The notes under the pieces are model-generated. The model searched no databases, had not been told where the DNA came from, and saw only the letters and a program-made list of their open reading frames with translations. From a virus, in IMG/VR virus record IMGVR_UViG_3300045988_044506: a stretch of DNA of 41,511 nt. One strand, written 5' to 3'. A program made the position numbers and the translations under genes. Positions within the stretch are counted from its first letter, which is position 1; every line of letters starts with the position of its first letter. Of this stretch, positions 26,920-34,608 are shown piece after piece.

Positions 26920-27216
26920 ATGGAAATCAATGAGCAACTGGTATTGAGCGCCTACAATAGGCGAAAATCAATCAAGGCAACTGCGCGGGAATTGGGAATC
27001 TCCGAAGGCGTTGTGCGTAAGCACCTGATCGGCGCGGGCGTTGTGGAGACTGCAACGACCCGCAGGATCGCGGAACTCCGTGCGGCAGGAATGCCGCTCA
27101 AAGATATAGCGGAGCTACTCGGAGTTTCCAGCTCCTCCGTTTCGGTCAACACGCCCTATCAAAAGGGCAGTTATCTCACCGCGAACAAAACATATAACGC
27201 TATCAAGATTAGGTAA
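26920..27216 (+). CDS. Small tandem-HTH DNA-binding protein (98 aa)
   Basis: Two HTH-like segments: SIKATARELGISEGVVRKHL and PLKDIAELLGVSSSSV. Confidence 0.6.
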   Translation: MEINEQLVLSAYNRRKSIKATARELGISEGVVRKHLIGAGVVETATTRRIAELRAAGMPLKDIAELLGVSSSSVSVNTPYQKGSYLTANKTYNAIKIR

Positions 27217-27251
27217 TGCAGAGAGCGCAAACGCGCAGAAGGAGAGAAAAA

Positions 27252-27731
27252 ATGAAATCCATCCAGCTGTATCGAATCTACGGGACGCTAGGGCATGAAC
27301 TGCAACCGGTATACGCCGATGCAGAATGCTGCCCGCCTGAAAACCCGTATGAGCTGATTGAGGTAGACCTCCCCAAAGGTTGGGAAGCGTACAAAAATGC
27401 ACTCGGAGAGACTTTGATCGAAAGCCCGGACGGAACGGTTTATCTTGTCGGCGACTGTATCAAAGCGGTTTCCGATAACCCCGTTCTCGCCTGGCACGAC
27501 GAGACAGACCATACCACCGCGCTGAAATGGCGATATAAGAACAATAATGTCCGCGAAATCCGCAATCGGTGCGGGTTAACGCTGCAAGAGCTTTCCGACC
27601 GAACCGGCGTCAACATCCGCCAAATCACGAAACTCGAACAGGGCGAAATCAATATTGAGAATATCACCGCAAAAAATCTAATGGCGCTGGCCGAAGGGCT
27701 AGGAGTAGCCCCGCAGGATCTGTTCTTGTAA
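27252..27731 (+). CDS. XRE-family regulator with an N-terminal domain of unknown function and a C-terminal HTH
   Basis: C-terminal segment IRNRCGLTLQELSDRTGVNIRQITKLEQGE matches HTH_XRE. GAAGGAGAG RBS. Confidence 0.7.
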   Translation: MKSIQLYRIYGTLGHELQPVYADAECCPPENPYELIEVDLPKGWEAYKNALGETLIESPDGTVYLVGDCIKAVSDNPVLAWHDETDHTTALKWRYKNNNVREIRNRCGLTLQELSDRTGVNIRQITKLEQGEINIENITAKNLMALAEGLGVAPQDLFL

Positions 27732-27744
27732 CATTTTCTTCTTA

Positions 27745-27789
27745 CCCGCTGAATCCGATAAAAACGGATTTGGCGGGTTTATTTTTTTA
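27745..27789 (+). terminator. Rho-independent terminator (ACCCGCTGAATCCG-loop-CGGATTTGGCGGGT followed by a T-run)
   Basis: Read directly. Confidence 0.7.
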
Positions 27790-27819
27790 CCCCCTCGAAA
27801 TCGAGGGGGTATTTTTTTT
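27790..27819 (+). terminator. Rho-independent terminator (CCCCCTCGA-aa-TCGAGGGGG followed by T8)
   Basis: Read directly. Forms a tandem pair with the previous terminator. Confidence 0.8.
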
Positions 27820-27893
27820 GCCGTTTTTCATCCGCTTTGCCGCCGAAACGCTTCCCTGAAATGCCGGATAATGAGGGGGAAAGGAGTAGTCCT

Positions 27894-28043
27894 ATGAAAG
27901 CGTTTGAACGGCTGATTCGCGCCGGTGTCCCTGTATGGGAAGCGGCAGAGATCATCGAATGGTATAAGTTGCAGGGCGATGATAACGCCCTTGAGAAATA
28001 CATCACAGAGATTGAGGGCAGGAACCGTGTTCCGGCCTTATAA
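27894..28043 (+). CDS. Small hypothetical protein (49 aa)
   Basis: GAAAGGAG RBS before the ATG at 27894. Confidence 0.45.
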   Translation: MKAFERLIRAGVPVWEAAEIIEWYKLQGDDNALEKYITEIEGRNRVPAL

Positions 28044-28407
28044 TCCAAACCCAACCGGGAAGAACGTGGGCGATTGCACTGTAAGGGCTCTAACAAAAGG
28101 GCTTGAACGCAGTTGGGAAGAGATATATACCGCCCTTGCCCTGCAAGGCTACTTGATGGGCGACTTACCCAGTGCGAACGCCGTCTGGGGCGCGTATCTC
28201 CGGCAGCAGGGTTGGGCGCGGCGCATAATCCCGGACACCTGCCCGGACTGCTACACCGTGGCCGATTTTGCCGCAGATCACCCACGCGGGACATATATCC
28301 TCGCCCTGTCCGGCCACGTCGCCTGTGTGTCAGAGGGCGATCTATGGGACAGCTGGGATTCCAGCGGCGAAGTCCCATTGTATTACTGGGAAAGGAATGA
28401 ACAGTGA
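28027..28407 (+). CDS. Putative papain-superfamily cysteine peptidase (C39-like fold, Cys-His-Asp). GTG start.
   Basis: Motif GDCTVRAL resembles the C39 DCGxAAL Cys motif. SGHVACV resembles the His motif. An Asp follows. Confidence 0.4.
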   Translation: MFRPYNPNPTGKNVGDCTVRALTKGLERSWEEIYTALALQGYLMGDLPSANAVWGAYLRQQGWARRIIPDTCPDCYTVADFAADHPRGTYILALSGHVACVSEGDLWDSWDSSGEVPLYYWERNEQ

Positions 28408-28835
28408 TGGCCTATAACCCCTATATGTACGGAAACCCCTATTATCCGCAGATGCAGTTCCAGCCGATGATGAATCAGCCTAACACCGCGATGGCGCAGC
28501 CTGCACAGCAGCAGAATATGGCACAACCTACACAGCAAATCAATGTGGTCGAGGTCGGCAGTGAGAACGAGGCAACAGGCTATCTTGTCGCTGCCGGTGC
28601 ATCCGTCCTCCTTTGGTGGAGAGCTGGACATAAGTTTTTCTGGAAAAGCCGTGATATGAATGGATCTCCTTACCCGATGAAAACCATGTCTTACACGGAC
28701 GATGACGAACCGACAGCTCCACAGGTTACACCGGAATACATTACCCGGGACGAGTTTAACGGGCTTGTACAAAAGGTGAACAAATTGGAGCAAAAGCCTG
28801 CAAGAAGGGCAAAGGAGGCAGAGCCAGATGTTTAA
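28407..28835 (+). CDS. Q/P/M-rich protein with a hydrophobic WW-containing segment (about 142 aa)
   Basis: AAAGGA RBS. Its N-terminus is paralogous to the next small ORF (MQFQPMMNQ versus MMQFQQMMNQ). Confidence 0.55.
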   Translation: MAYNPYMYGNPYYPQMQFQPMMNQPNTAMAQPAQQQNMAQPTQQINVVEVGSENEATGYLVAAGASVLLWWRAGHKFFWKSRDMNGSPYPMKTMSYTDDDEPTAPQVTPEYITRDEFNGLVQKVNKLEQKPARRAKEAEPDV

Positions 28836-29010
28836 CGGGAACCCGATGATGCAGTTCCAGCAGATGATGAACCAGTTTCAGCAGTTCAGGCAATCGTTTC
28901 AGGGCGACCCGAAGGCCGAGGTGGAAAAGCTGCTCCAGTCCGGCAAGATGAGCCAGCAACAGCTGAACCAGCTTCAGCAAATGGCGAAAATGTTTCAAAA
29001 TTTGATGTAA
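28828..29010 (+). CDS. Small Q/N/M/F-rich prion-like protein (60 aa)
   Basis: AAAGGAGG RBS. Extreme Gln content. Confidence 0.55.
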   Translation: MFNGNPMMQFQQMMNQFQQFRQSFQGDPKAEVEKLLQSGKMSQQQLNQLQQMAKMFQNLM

Positions 29011-29058
29011 ATTTGTGGCCGCAAATTACAAATAAAATCAAACGAGAGGAGTCTTCCA

Positions 29059-29811
29059 ATGAGTCTTAATTCCGATAGCGGCACTGTGATGACAATGCCG
29101 GTTCAGCCTGCCAACACTGGCAATGGTAATGGCTTCGGCTGGGGCGGAGACGGTGCATGGTGGATCATTATCCTGTTTTTGTTCGTGTTCTGCGGTTGGG
29201 GCGGAAACTGGGGCAATAGTGGCTTCGGGGGCAATGGTTCTGGCGCTGTCGATGGCTACGTTCTCACCTCTGACTTTGCCAATATTGAGCGCAAAATCGA
29301 CGTAGTGAACAACGGCTTGTGCGACGGTTTTTACCAGCAGGCGCAGTTGGTCAACGGCGTCCAGCAGAGCATGAGCAATGGCTTTATGTCAGCTGAACTG
29401 TCCCGCGCAAACCAGCAGGCCGCGCTGATGCAGCAGCTGTTCCAGATGCAGATGGCGCAGCAGGAGTGCTGCTGCGAGAACCGGCAGGCGATCGCTCAGG
29501 TGCGGTATGACATGGCTGCACAGTCTTGCGATACCCGCAACACCGTGCAGAATACCACCCGCGACATCATTGACAGCATGAACGCCGGTTTCCGGGGCAT
29601 TGAACAGCGCTTGACCGCGCAGGAGATGGCCCAGAAGGACGCGAAGATTGCCGAGCAGAATCAGCAGATCTTCGCCGCCCAGCTGGCTGCGTCTCAGGCG
29701 GCGCAGAACAACTATCTGGTCACCACCCTTAGACCTACCCCTATCCCTGCCTACCAGTCCTGCAACCCGTGGGCTAGTAACGCGGCTCTGGGGTGCTGCG
29801 CCTCCTGCTGA
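29059..29811 (+). CDS. Membrane protein with Gly-rich flanks, a WW-containing TM helix, Gln-rich helices, a CCC motif and a Cys-rich C-terminus (GCCASC)
   Basis: GAGAGGAG RBS. Composition read directly. Confidence 0.6.
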   Translation: MSLNSDSGTVMTMPVQPANTGNGNGFGWGGDGAWWIIILFLFVFCGWGGNWGNSGFGGNGSGAVDGYVLTSDFANIERKIDVVNNGLCDGFYQQAQLVNGVQQSMSNGFMSAELSRANQQAALMQQLFQMQMAQQECCCENRQAIAQVRYDMAAQSCDTRNTVQNTTRDIIDSMNAGFRGIEQRLTAQEMAQKDAKIAEQNQQIFAAQLAASQAAQNNYLVTTLRPTPIPAYQSCNPWASNAALGCCASC

Positions 29812-29877
29812 TAACTAAACACATCAGCTTCCGAGAAATCCTCGGATGGTCAACCCCGTGTTGATACTGAGATTTTG

Positions 29878-29908
29878 CGGCGGGGTGATATGCCCCGCCG
29901 TTTTTTTT
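29878..29908 (+). terminator. Rho-independent terminator (CGGCGGGG-tgatatg-CCCCGCCG followed by T8)
   Basis: Read directly. Confidence 0.7.
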
Positions 29909-29923
29909 GAAAGGACTGAGAAA

Positions 29924-30346
29924 ATGGCTGAATACACAAACTCCAAGATTACGTCTGTTGTCGCCGGGCAGAATGTGCCCCTGACCGAAACCGCCGTTGC
30001 GGGTAAGCCCTGCATCGTGCATCGTGAGGGCGCTGGCATCGTCACGCTGCGTGGACTGACCAACCAGTGTAAAGCGCGTTTTAAGGTTTCCTTCGGCGCG
30101 AATATCGCTATCCCCACGGGCGGCACGGTAGAGGCAATCACCGCCGCACTGGCGATCAATGGGGAACCGCTGCCCAGCGCAACTGCTACCGTGACTCCTG
30201 CCGCTGTGGAAAATTACTGGAACATCTATGTGGCGGCCTTCGTAGAAGTCCCTCGTGGCTGCTGCGTGACCGTTGCCGCAGAAAACACCAGTGCTCAGGC
30301 CGTCAGCTTTGCCAACAGCAATCTGATTGTCGAGCGCGTATGCTGA
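29924..30346 (+). CDS. Hypothetical beta-rich 141-aa protein with conserved Cys residues (C30, C49, CC123-124, C-terminal Cys)
   Basis: AAAGGA RBS and ATG at 29924. Confidence 0.55.
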   Translation: MAEYTNSKITSVVAGQNVPLTETAVAGKPCIVHREGAGIVTLRGLTNQCKARFKVSFGANIAIPTGGTVEAITAALAINGEPLPSATATVTPAAVENYWNIYVAAFVEVPRGCCVTVAAENTSAQAVSFANSNLIVERVC

Positions 30347-30359
30347 AAGGAGGAGAAAC

Positions 30360-30752
30360 ATGGCGAACTACGATGACCTGATGAAAATGCTCTGCGACGA
30401 GCTGGAGGACATCAAAAAGGATATGAGGAGCCGTGGTGCGTCCGCTGAAACGCTAGACGCCATCCGCGATATTACCAGCTCCATCAAAAACATCTACAAG
30501 ATTGAGATGTTCGAGGATCTCGACGGTTACAGCGGCGACTGGGACGATGACCGCGATATGTACCGGCGCGGCAACAGCTACGCCAAACGCGGAACGCACT
30601 ACGTCCGCGGCCATTACAGCAAAAGCAGATACAGCCGGGACGACGCAAAGTCTCATATGATCGACCAGCTGGACGAGATGATGGAGCAGGCGGACACCGC
30701 CGAGATGAAAGACGCAATCCGCCGTTGCAAAGATCAGCTCGAGCGCGCATAA
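30360..30752 (+). CDS. Hypothetical helical protein with a central Tyr/Arg/Ser/Gly-rich low-complexity segment
   Basis: AAAGGAGG RBS. Confidence 0.6.
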   Translation: MANYDDLMKMLCDELEDIKKDMRSRGASAETLDAIRDITSSIKNIYKIEMFEDLDGYSGDWDDDRDMYRRGNSYAKRGTHYVRGHYSKSRYSRDDAKSHMIDQLDEMMEQADTAEMKDAIRRCKDQLERA

Positions 30753-30768
30753 TAAGGGGTGAGTAAAT

Positions 30769-31134
30769 ATGCTGGATGCCAAAGAGATCAACGCCGAAAT
30801 TGCGCGGCTCGAATACGTTGAATCCAGCTACCCTAATTATGCGAAGCTGGCAGACCTATACATCATCCGTGACAGAATGGAGGGCAACGCAGAAAAACCG
30901 TTAGCCTACGAACAGTTATACTCTGCTGCGCCGGCATACGAGTCTGTCCGAGCGCGTCCGAGTGTGTCCAGCCAGTCCGAGATTGATGCCTACGGAGACA
31001 GCGACTTTTTGCGCAGCATATCCGGCAAAGACCCGCAGAAGGTGTGGGACATCGTGGACGAGCTGATGGACACGCTCAAGATTGTCAACCAGCGGACGTA
31101 TGATGGAGTCATGCGCAAGATTGAGCAAATATAA
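30769..31134 (+). CDS. Hypothetical protein with architecture similar to the preceding gene
   Basis: AAGGGGTGAG RBS. Confidence 0.55.
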   Translation: MLDAKEINAEIARLEYVESSYPNYAKLADLYIIRDRMEGNAEKPLAYEQLYSAAPAYESVRARPSVSSQSEIDAYGDSDFLRSISGKDPQKVWDIVDELMDTLKIVNQRTYDGVMRKIEQI

Positions 31135-31408
31135 TGCAATCCCCCAGCCGAAAAAGCTGGGGGATTTGCCGTATCAAAAACGTATCAAAAGGCAAAATTC
31201 ACGCTACTTAATTCACACAGAAACAAGCCTTAATCTTCATCAAAATACACAAAAATGCGTTAGCGCACAATGGATTGCGTGTTTTGTCAGTCTATGATAA
31301 AATAAAACGCCCACAAAACCCGCTGATATTTACCATTGTGAAACTGATGGAATAAGCCAAAATAGTCATAATCTGCAATTTTTAAATGTAAAAAATGAAA
31401 TGCGAGAT
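31135..31408. other. Candidate attP region: AT-rich, adjacent to the integrase 3' end, with direct repeat CGTATCAAAA x2 (31171..31195) as possible arm-type sites
   Basis: Position next to int and the base composition. The core site cannot be defined without a host sequence. Confidence 0.4.
31139..31166 (+). terminator. Hairpin ATCCCCCAGC-cgaaaaa-GCTGGGGGAT with a weak U-tract
   Basis: Read directly. Confidence 0.35.
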
Positions 31409-32479
31409 TTACAGCGTAGCAGAATCGTAGCATCTCTCCAAAATTGAGCACAGATCGTCCCGTTTGGATTTATAAAGATGGGAGTAAACGCGGAGTGTTA
31501 CAGTCACATTTTCGTGGCCTAAACGCTCTGCTATGAGCAGTGGCTGCACCCCCTGGTCTATCAGCATCGACGCGTGAGAATGTCGGAGATCATGCACCCT
31601 GATGATCGGCACACCTGCCTTAACGCAGTTGCGCTTGCAGTGGTTGCGGAGCATAGACGCGCTTGCACCCTCGAATAGCCTACCGCCTGACATTGTGGCG
31701 ATAAGCGGGGCTAATTCCTCCTGCAAAAAGTGTGGGATTGATACAACTCTGACGGAGCTTCCAGTTTTAGGCACTCCGATAATTTCTTCTCCGTTCAGCT
31801 TTATGTAGGTTTTGGTAATGGATATTTTACCGTCGCTCACATCCTCTGGTGCAAGCGCCAGCAACTCGCCCTCACGCATACCCGTCCAAAACAATGTATC
31901 GAAAGCAACCTTCATAAGCTCGTTTTGCTCACAAGCACAGAATTTGGCATACTCCTGCACGGTCAGAAATTTCATTTCTCGCTTTTTTTCATTTCTCTTT
32001 TCGGCGACTGCGTTTGTGCATGGATTTGACGGCAGTCCATATAACCGGACAGCAAAGTTAAAAATGCTCGATAACCTCGATTTCAACATAGCGGTCGTCG
32101 TTTGAGATAGTTTCCCTCCGGTTATGCGCGATTTCCGGTTTTGCAGATCGCTATACCACTTGCGTACAGCCAGTGGCGTGACGTCTTGCACTGCGGTTTT
32201 TCCAAACGCTGGGCGCAAACTCTTTTCTACCGCGAATACGATGGACGAGTATGTCGTAGGCTTTACCCTTGTCTTTGCGTCCTCGAGATACAGATCAAGC
32301 AGCGACGACATTGACATTGATAGACTGCCATTCATCTTTTGCAAAAATTCGCGCTCGTACTGCTGGGCTTCTCGTTTTGTTGGAAAGCCCTCTTTTTTCT
32401 TTTGTTTTCGCGTCCCGTCAAAGGTAGTATATCTACAGGTCACCTTCCAACGCCCGTCCGGCATTTTCGATACGCTCAT
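31409..32479 (-). CDS. int: Tyrosine integrase (phage integrase family with an N-terminal arm-binding domain)
   Basis: Motifs HDLRHSHAS ... LGHENVTVTLRVYSHL (the R-H-R-Y catalytic pattern). N-terminal PDGRWKV...FPTKREA AP2-like domain. Confidence 0.92.
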   Translation of the reverse strand: MSVSKMPDGRWKVTCRYTTFDGTRKQKKKEGFPTKREAQQYEREFLQKMNGSLSMSMSSLLDLYLEDAKTRVKPTTYSSIVFAVEKSLRPAFGKTAVQDVTPLAVRKWYSDLQNRKSRITGGKLSQTTTAMLKSRLSSIFNFAVRLYGLPSNPCTNAVAEKRNEKKREMKFLTVQEYAKFCACEQNELMKVAFDTLFWTGMREGELLALAPEDVSDGKISITKTYIKLNGEEIIGVPKTGSSVRVVSIPHFLQEELAPLIATMSGGRLFEGASASMLRNHCKRNCVKAGVPIIRVHDLRHSHASMLIDQGVQPLLIAERLGHENVTVTLRVYSHLYKSKRDDLCSILERCYDSATL

Positions 32480-33075
32480 AACTTATGCACCACCGATGTT
32501 GTATAACTCGCCTTACCGTCCATGACGGCCGCACGACCTTTGCGCAGGCCGTCTCGGAAAGTCTCCACATCTGGCATGACGCGGTCTGTGCTGACCAGTA
32601 GGCCGTTCGCGCTGGCTGTCTCGTACAGGGTGTCAATCAGGGATGCGACCGCCAGACGCATTGTCATGGGGAGGTGATCTAACATCACAAATTCTTCAGA
32701 CTGAGCGCCGATGTTGGAGCCGTGTTCGCCAAACACTAAAAAATCGAATTTTCGCACGGCGCGGTCCGATGCGACATTGCCTATATAGTGTAGCGCTGCA
32801 CGGCGCAGCTCGTCGATGCTGCTATTCCGCGTGAGCGTGTACACATCCGGGTAAAGATACTCCAGCACGGAGGTCAGGGCGTCAACGCTAAATAGGTCAA
32901 ACCACGAGATAAACTCATCGACGCGAGGAGCTGTCTGCCCGGACTCGTACTTGTCCCACGTCCTCAAATCTACACCGATCATCTCGGCCATTTTATACTT
33001 CGGTAGGCCGGTTCGCGCTCTCAATTTTTGTAGCACAAGAGCACATCCACTTCGTAATTCTTCCCTCGTTCTCAT
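32476..33075 (-). CDS. XRE-family transcriptional regulator co-transcribed with int (ATGA overlap)
   Basis: N-terminal HTH segment LRARTGLPKYKMAEMIGVDLRTWDKYESGQ. AAGGAG RBS. Confidence 0.7.
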   Translation of the reverse strand: MRTREELRSGCALVLQKLRARTGLPKYKMAEMIGVDLRTWDKYESGQTAPRVDEFISWFDLFSVDALTSVLEYLYPDVYTLTRNSSIDELRRAALHYIGNVASDRAVRKFDFLVFGEHGSNIGAQSEEFVMLDHLPMTMRLAVASLIDTLYETASANGLLVSTDRVMPDVETFRDGLRKGRAAVMDGKASYTTSVVHKL

Positions 33076-33137
33076 AACTTCACTCCTTTTATGTAAAAAA
33101 TTGCGGTAAATTTTGCTTATGTCCCCTCGTTATATCC

Positions 33138-33166
33138 ATTAAAAGGATAAATGATTTCTTGTACAA
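33138..33166 (-). promoter_or_regulatory. Candidate promoter TTGTAC-17-TTTAAT for the regulator-int operon
   Basis: Read directly. The -10 is weak. Confidence 0.3.
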
Positions 33167-33190
33167 TAACGCTCAAAGGGGGAGTAGAGG

Positions 33191-33364
33191 ATGAATTATC
33201 GTATAAAAATAGCCGAACATCCTGAATATGCAGACGCCCTTGTCGCAATGTTTGGAACGGACGATATAGGTCGCATATCTGAGCAGGATGCTCGGCTGTT
33301 CTGGCACTACGTTGTGCCAGAGTTAAATGATGGTCAGTTTATGGGTAATGATCCGGTCACTTGA
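33191..33364 (+). CDS. Small hypothetical protein (57 aa)
   Basis: Strong RBS AAAGGGGGAG. Below the ORF-track size cutoff. Confidence 0.4.
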   Translation: MNYRIKIAEHPEYADALVAMFGTDDIGRISEQDARLFWHYVVPELNDGQFMGNDPVT

Positions 33365-33605
33365 TATTCCAAGAGTAACCGCAATTCTGGCAAAGGCAGA
33401 CTTTCTGATTCTCGAATTTTGTCTTTTCGTTTCCGGTTGACTTTTTCCAGAATAGATTGCTGATACCAAGTGTGCTCAATCCGACAACAGTCCGTGCCGC
33501 ATTGTTGACGTGGCCGCCAAACCCGATACCCTTTTTCGCGGTCTTACTAGCCGTCTGTTCCATCGAGATAGTTACATTTTCGCTTTTGCACTTAGGACAA
33601 ACCAT
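33357..33605 (-). CDS. Double zinc-ribbon protein with a central hydrophobic segment (82 aa)
   Basis: Motifs CPKC...CQNC. Convergent with, and overlapping, the previous ORF. Low GC. Confidence 0.5.
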   Translation of the reverse strand: MVCPKCKSENVTISMEQTASKTAKKGIGFGGHVNNAARTVVGLSTLGISNLFWKKSTGNEKTKFENQKVCLCQNCGYSWNIK

Positions 33606-33688
33606 TTTAATCACCCACAATTTTATAAATTTGCATAGCCAGCGTCGAACGAATGTGCTAGACTGTGACCATACTCCTATACACGGAA

Positions 33689-33717
33689 TTGATTAGTTAA
33701 AACATCTGTACTATAAT
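33689..33717 (+). promoter_or_regulatory. Near-consensus sigma-A promoter TTGATT-17-TATAAT
   Basis: Read directly. Drives the three-gene small-protein operon. Confidence 0.55.
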
Positions 33718-33731
33718 GAGAGGAGAAAACA

Positions 33732-33851
33732 ATGAGAGAGACCACTGAAAGCCGATTACTTACCCCCGACGAATTTAAAACGCTGGTTTGCAGCCTGAGT
33801 GCTGACCAGATCGATAGGATCAACGATATGCTAGGAGGAATTGCAAAATGA
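33732..33851 (+). CDS. Small soluble protein (39 aa)
   Basis: RBS GAGAGGAG. Its stop overlaps the next start (ATGA). Confidence 0.45.
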   Translation: MRETTESRLLTPDEFKTLVCSLSADQIDRINDMLGGIAK

Positions 33852-33991
33852 GAATTGCTAGTGTTGCCTGTACCATTAGTATGTGTGTTGTCTGCGTGTT
33901 GCAGGCAATCCGGCTGTATCAGTCGTGGAAAAAATACGGTGAATCCGATGAGTGGAAGAAGATCGAATCATCGCTTGAACTGGAGGAATAA
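33848..33991 (+). CDS. Small single-TM protein (47 aa)
   Basis: RBS TAGGAGG. Hydrophobic segment IASVACTISMCVVCVLQAI. Confidence 0.45.
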   Translation: MRIASVACTISMCVVCVLQAIRLYQSWKKYGESDEWKKIESSLELEE

Positions 33992-33993
33992 AA

Positions 33994-34305
33994 ATGAGTC
34001 TGATTAACATAGTGCTATGCCTTATCAGCTTTGGAGCGATCTTCTCCGGGCTTTGCATTCAGATTTTCATGCGGCTTCATAATCGAAAAATTGCCGAATC
34101 TTATGGACAGGTATACCAGTTGGATGACGGTACAACGGTCATTTTCGACAAACATTGCAGCATCAGGCTAGAGAAGGGCGGCAAAGAATCCATTAGTGTC
34201 CATGACTCCCGAAAGAGTGAGGACGGCGTGGGTACGTTCTTCTGCGGGTGCCTGACCGGCTTTGGATTTGCCATGCTTTCGGTCGTCTGCGTGTTGCTCC
34301 GATAA
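33994..34305 (+). CDS. Two-TM membrane protein (103 aa)
   Basis: RBS TGGAGGAA. TM segments at the N- and C-termini. Confidence 0.55.
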   Translation: MSLINIVLCLISFGAIFSGLCIQIFMRLHNRKIAESYGQVYQLDDGTTVIFDKHCSIRLEKGGKESISVHDSRKSEDGVGTFFCGCLTGFGFAMLSVVCVLLR

Positions 34306-34308
34306 AAG

Positions 34309-34608
34309 TCATCGGAAGAAAAGCCCCAGAACGGACGCCAGAGCCGCAACAGCGGCTATTCCAGCGGTGATCCTAAAGCGCCGCGTTTGAATACGCTTTT
34401 CTTCAAGCTCCTTCAAACGATCTTCTCCATATCCGGTAATAAGCGCTCGCTCCTGACCCTTTAGCGGGCCTTTCTGAGCGATGCCGAGGGAATGGATAAG
34501 GTTCTCGTTCAAGAGGATGGATGCATTCTTACGGTTCTTTTCGGTGATCTGCAAACCATTTTCTGACTGGCTTTTTAGCAGCAGTCGATATTCCGTTGAC
34601 TGTCTCAT
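34309..34608 (-). CDS. C-tail-anchored membrane protein co-transcribed with the repressor. Candidate superinfection-exclusion protein.
   Basis: C-terminal TM segment ITAGIAAVAALASVLGLFF. Its start overlaps the repressor stop. Confidence 0.5.
   Translation of the reverse strand: MRQSTEYRLLLKSQSENGLQITEKNRKNASILLNENLIHSLGIAQKGPLKGQERALITGYGEDRLKELEEKRIQTRRFRITAGIAAVAALASVLGLFFR

Noticed and set aside
31135-31408. tRNA gene at attP
   Set aside because: No cloverleaf-compatible sequence or T-loop/CCA-like 3' end was recognised by eye. This needs a proper tRNA scan.
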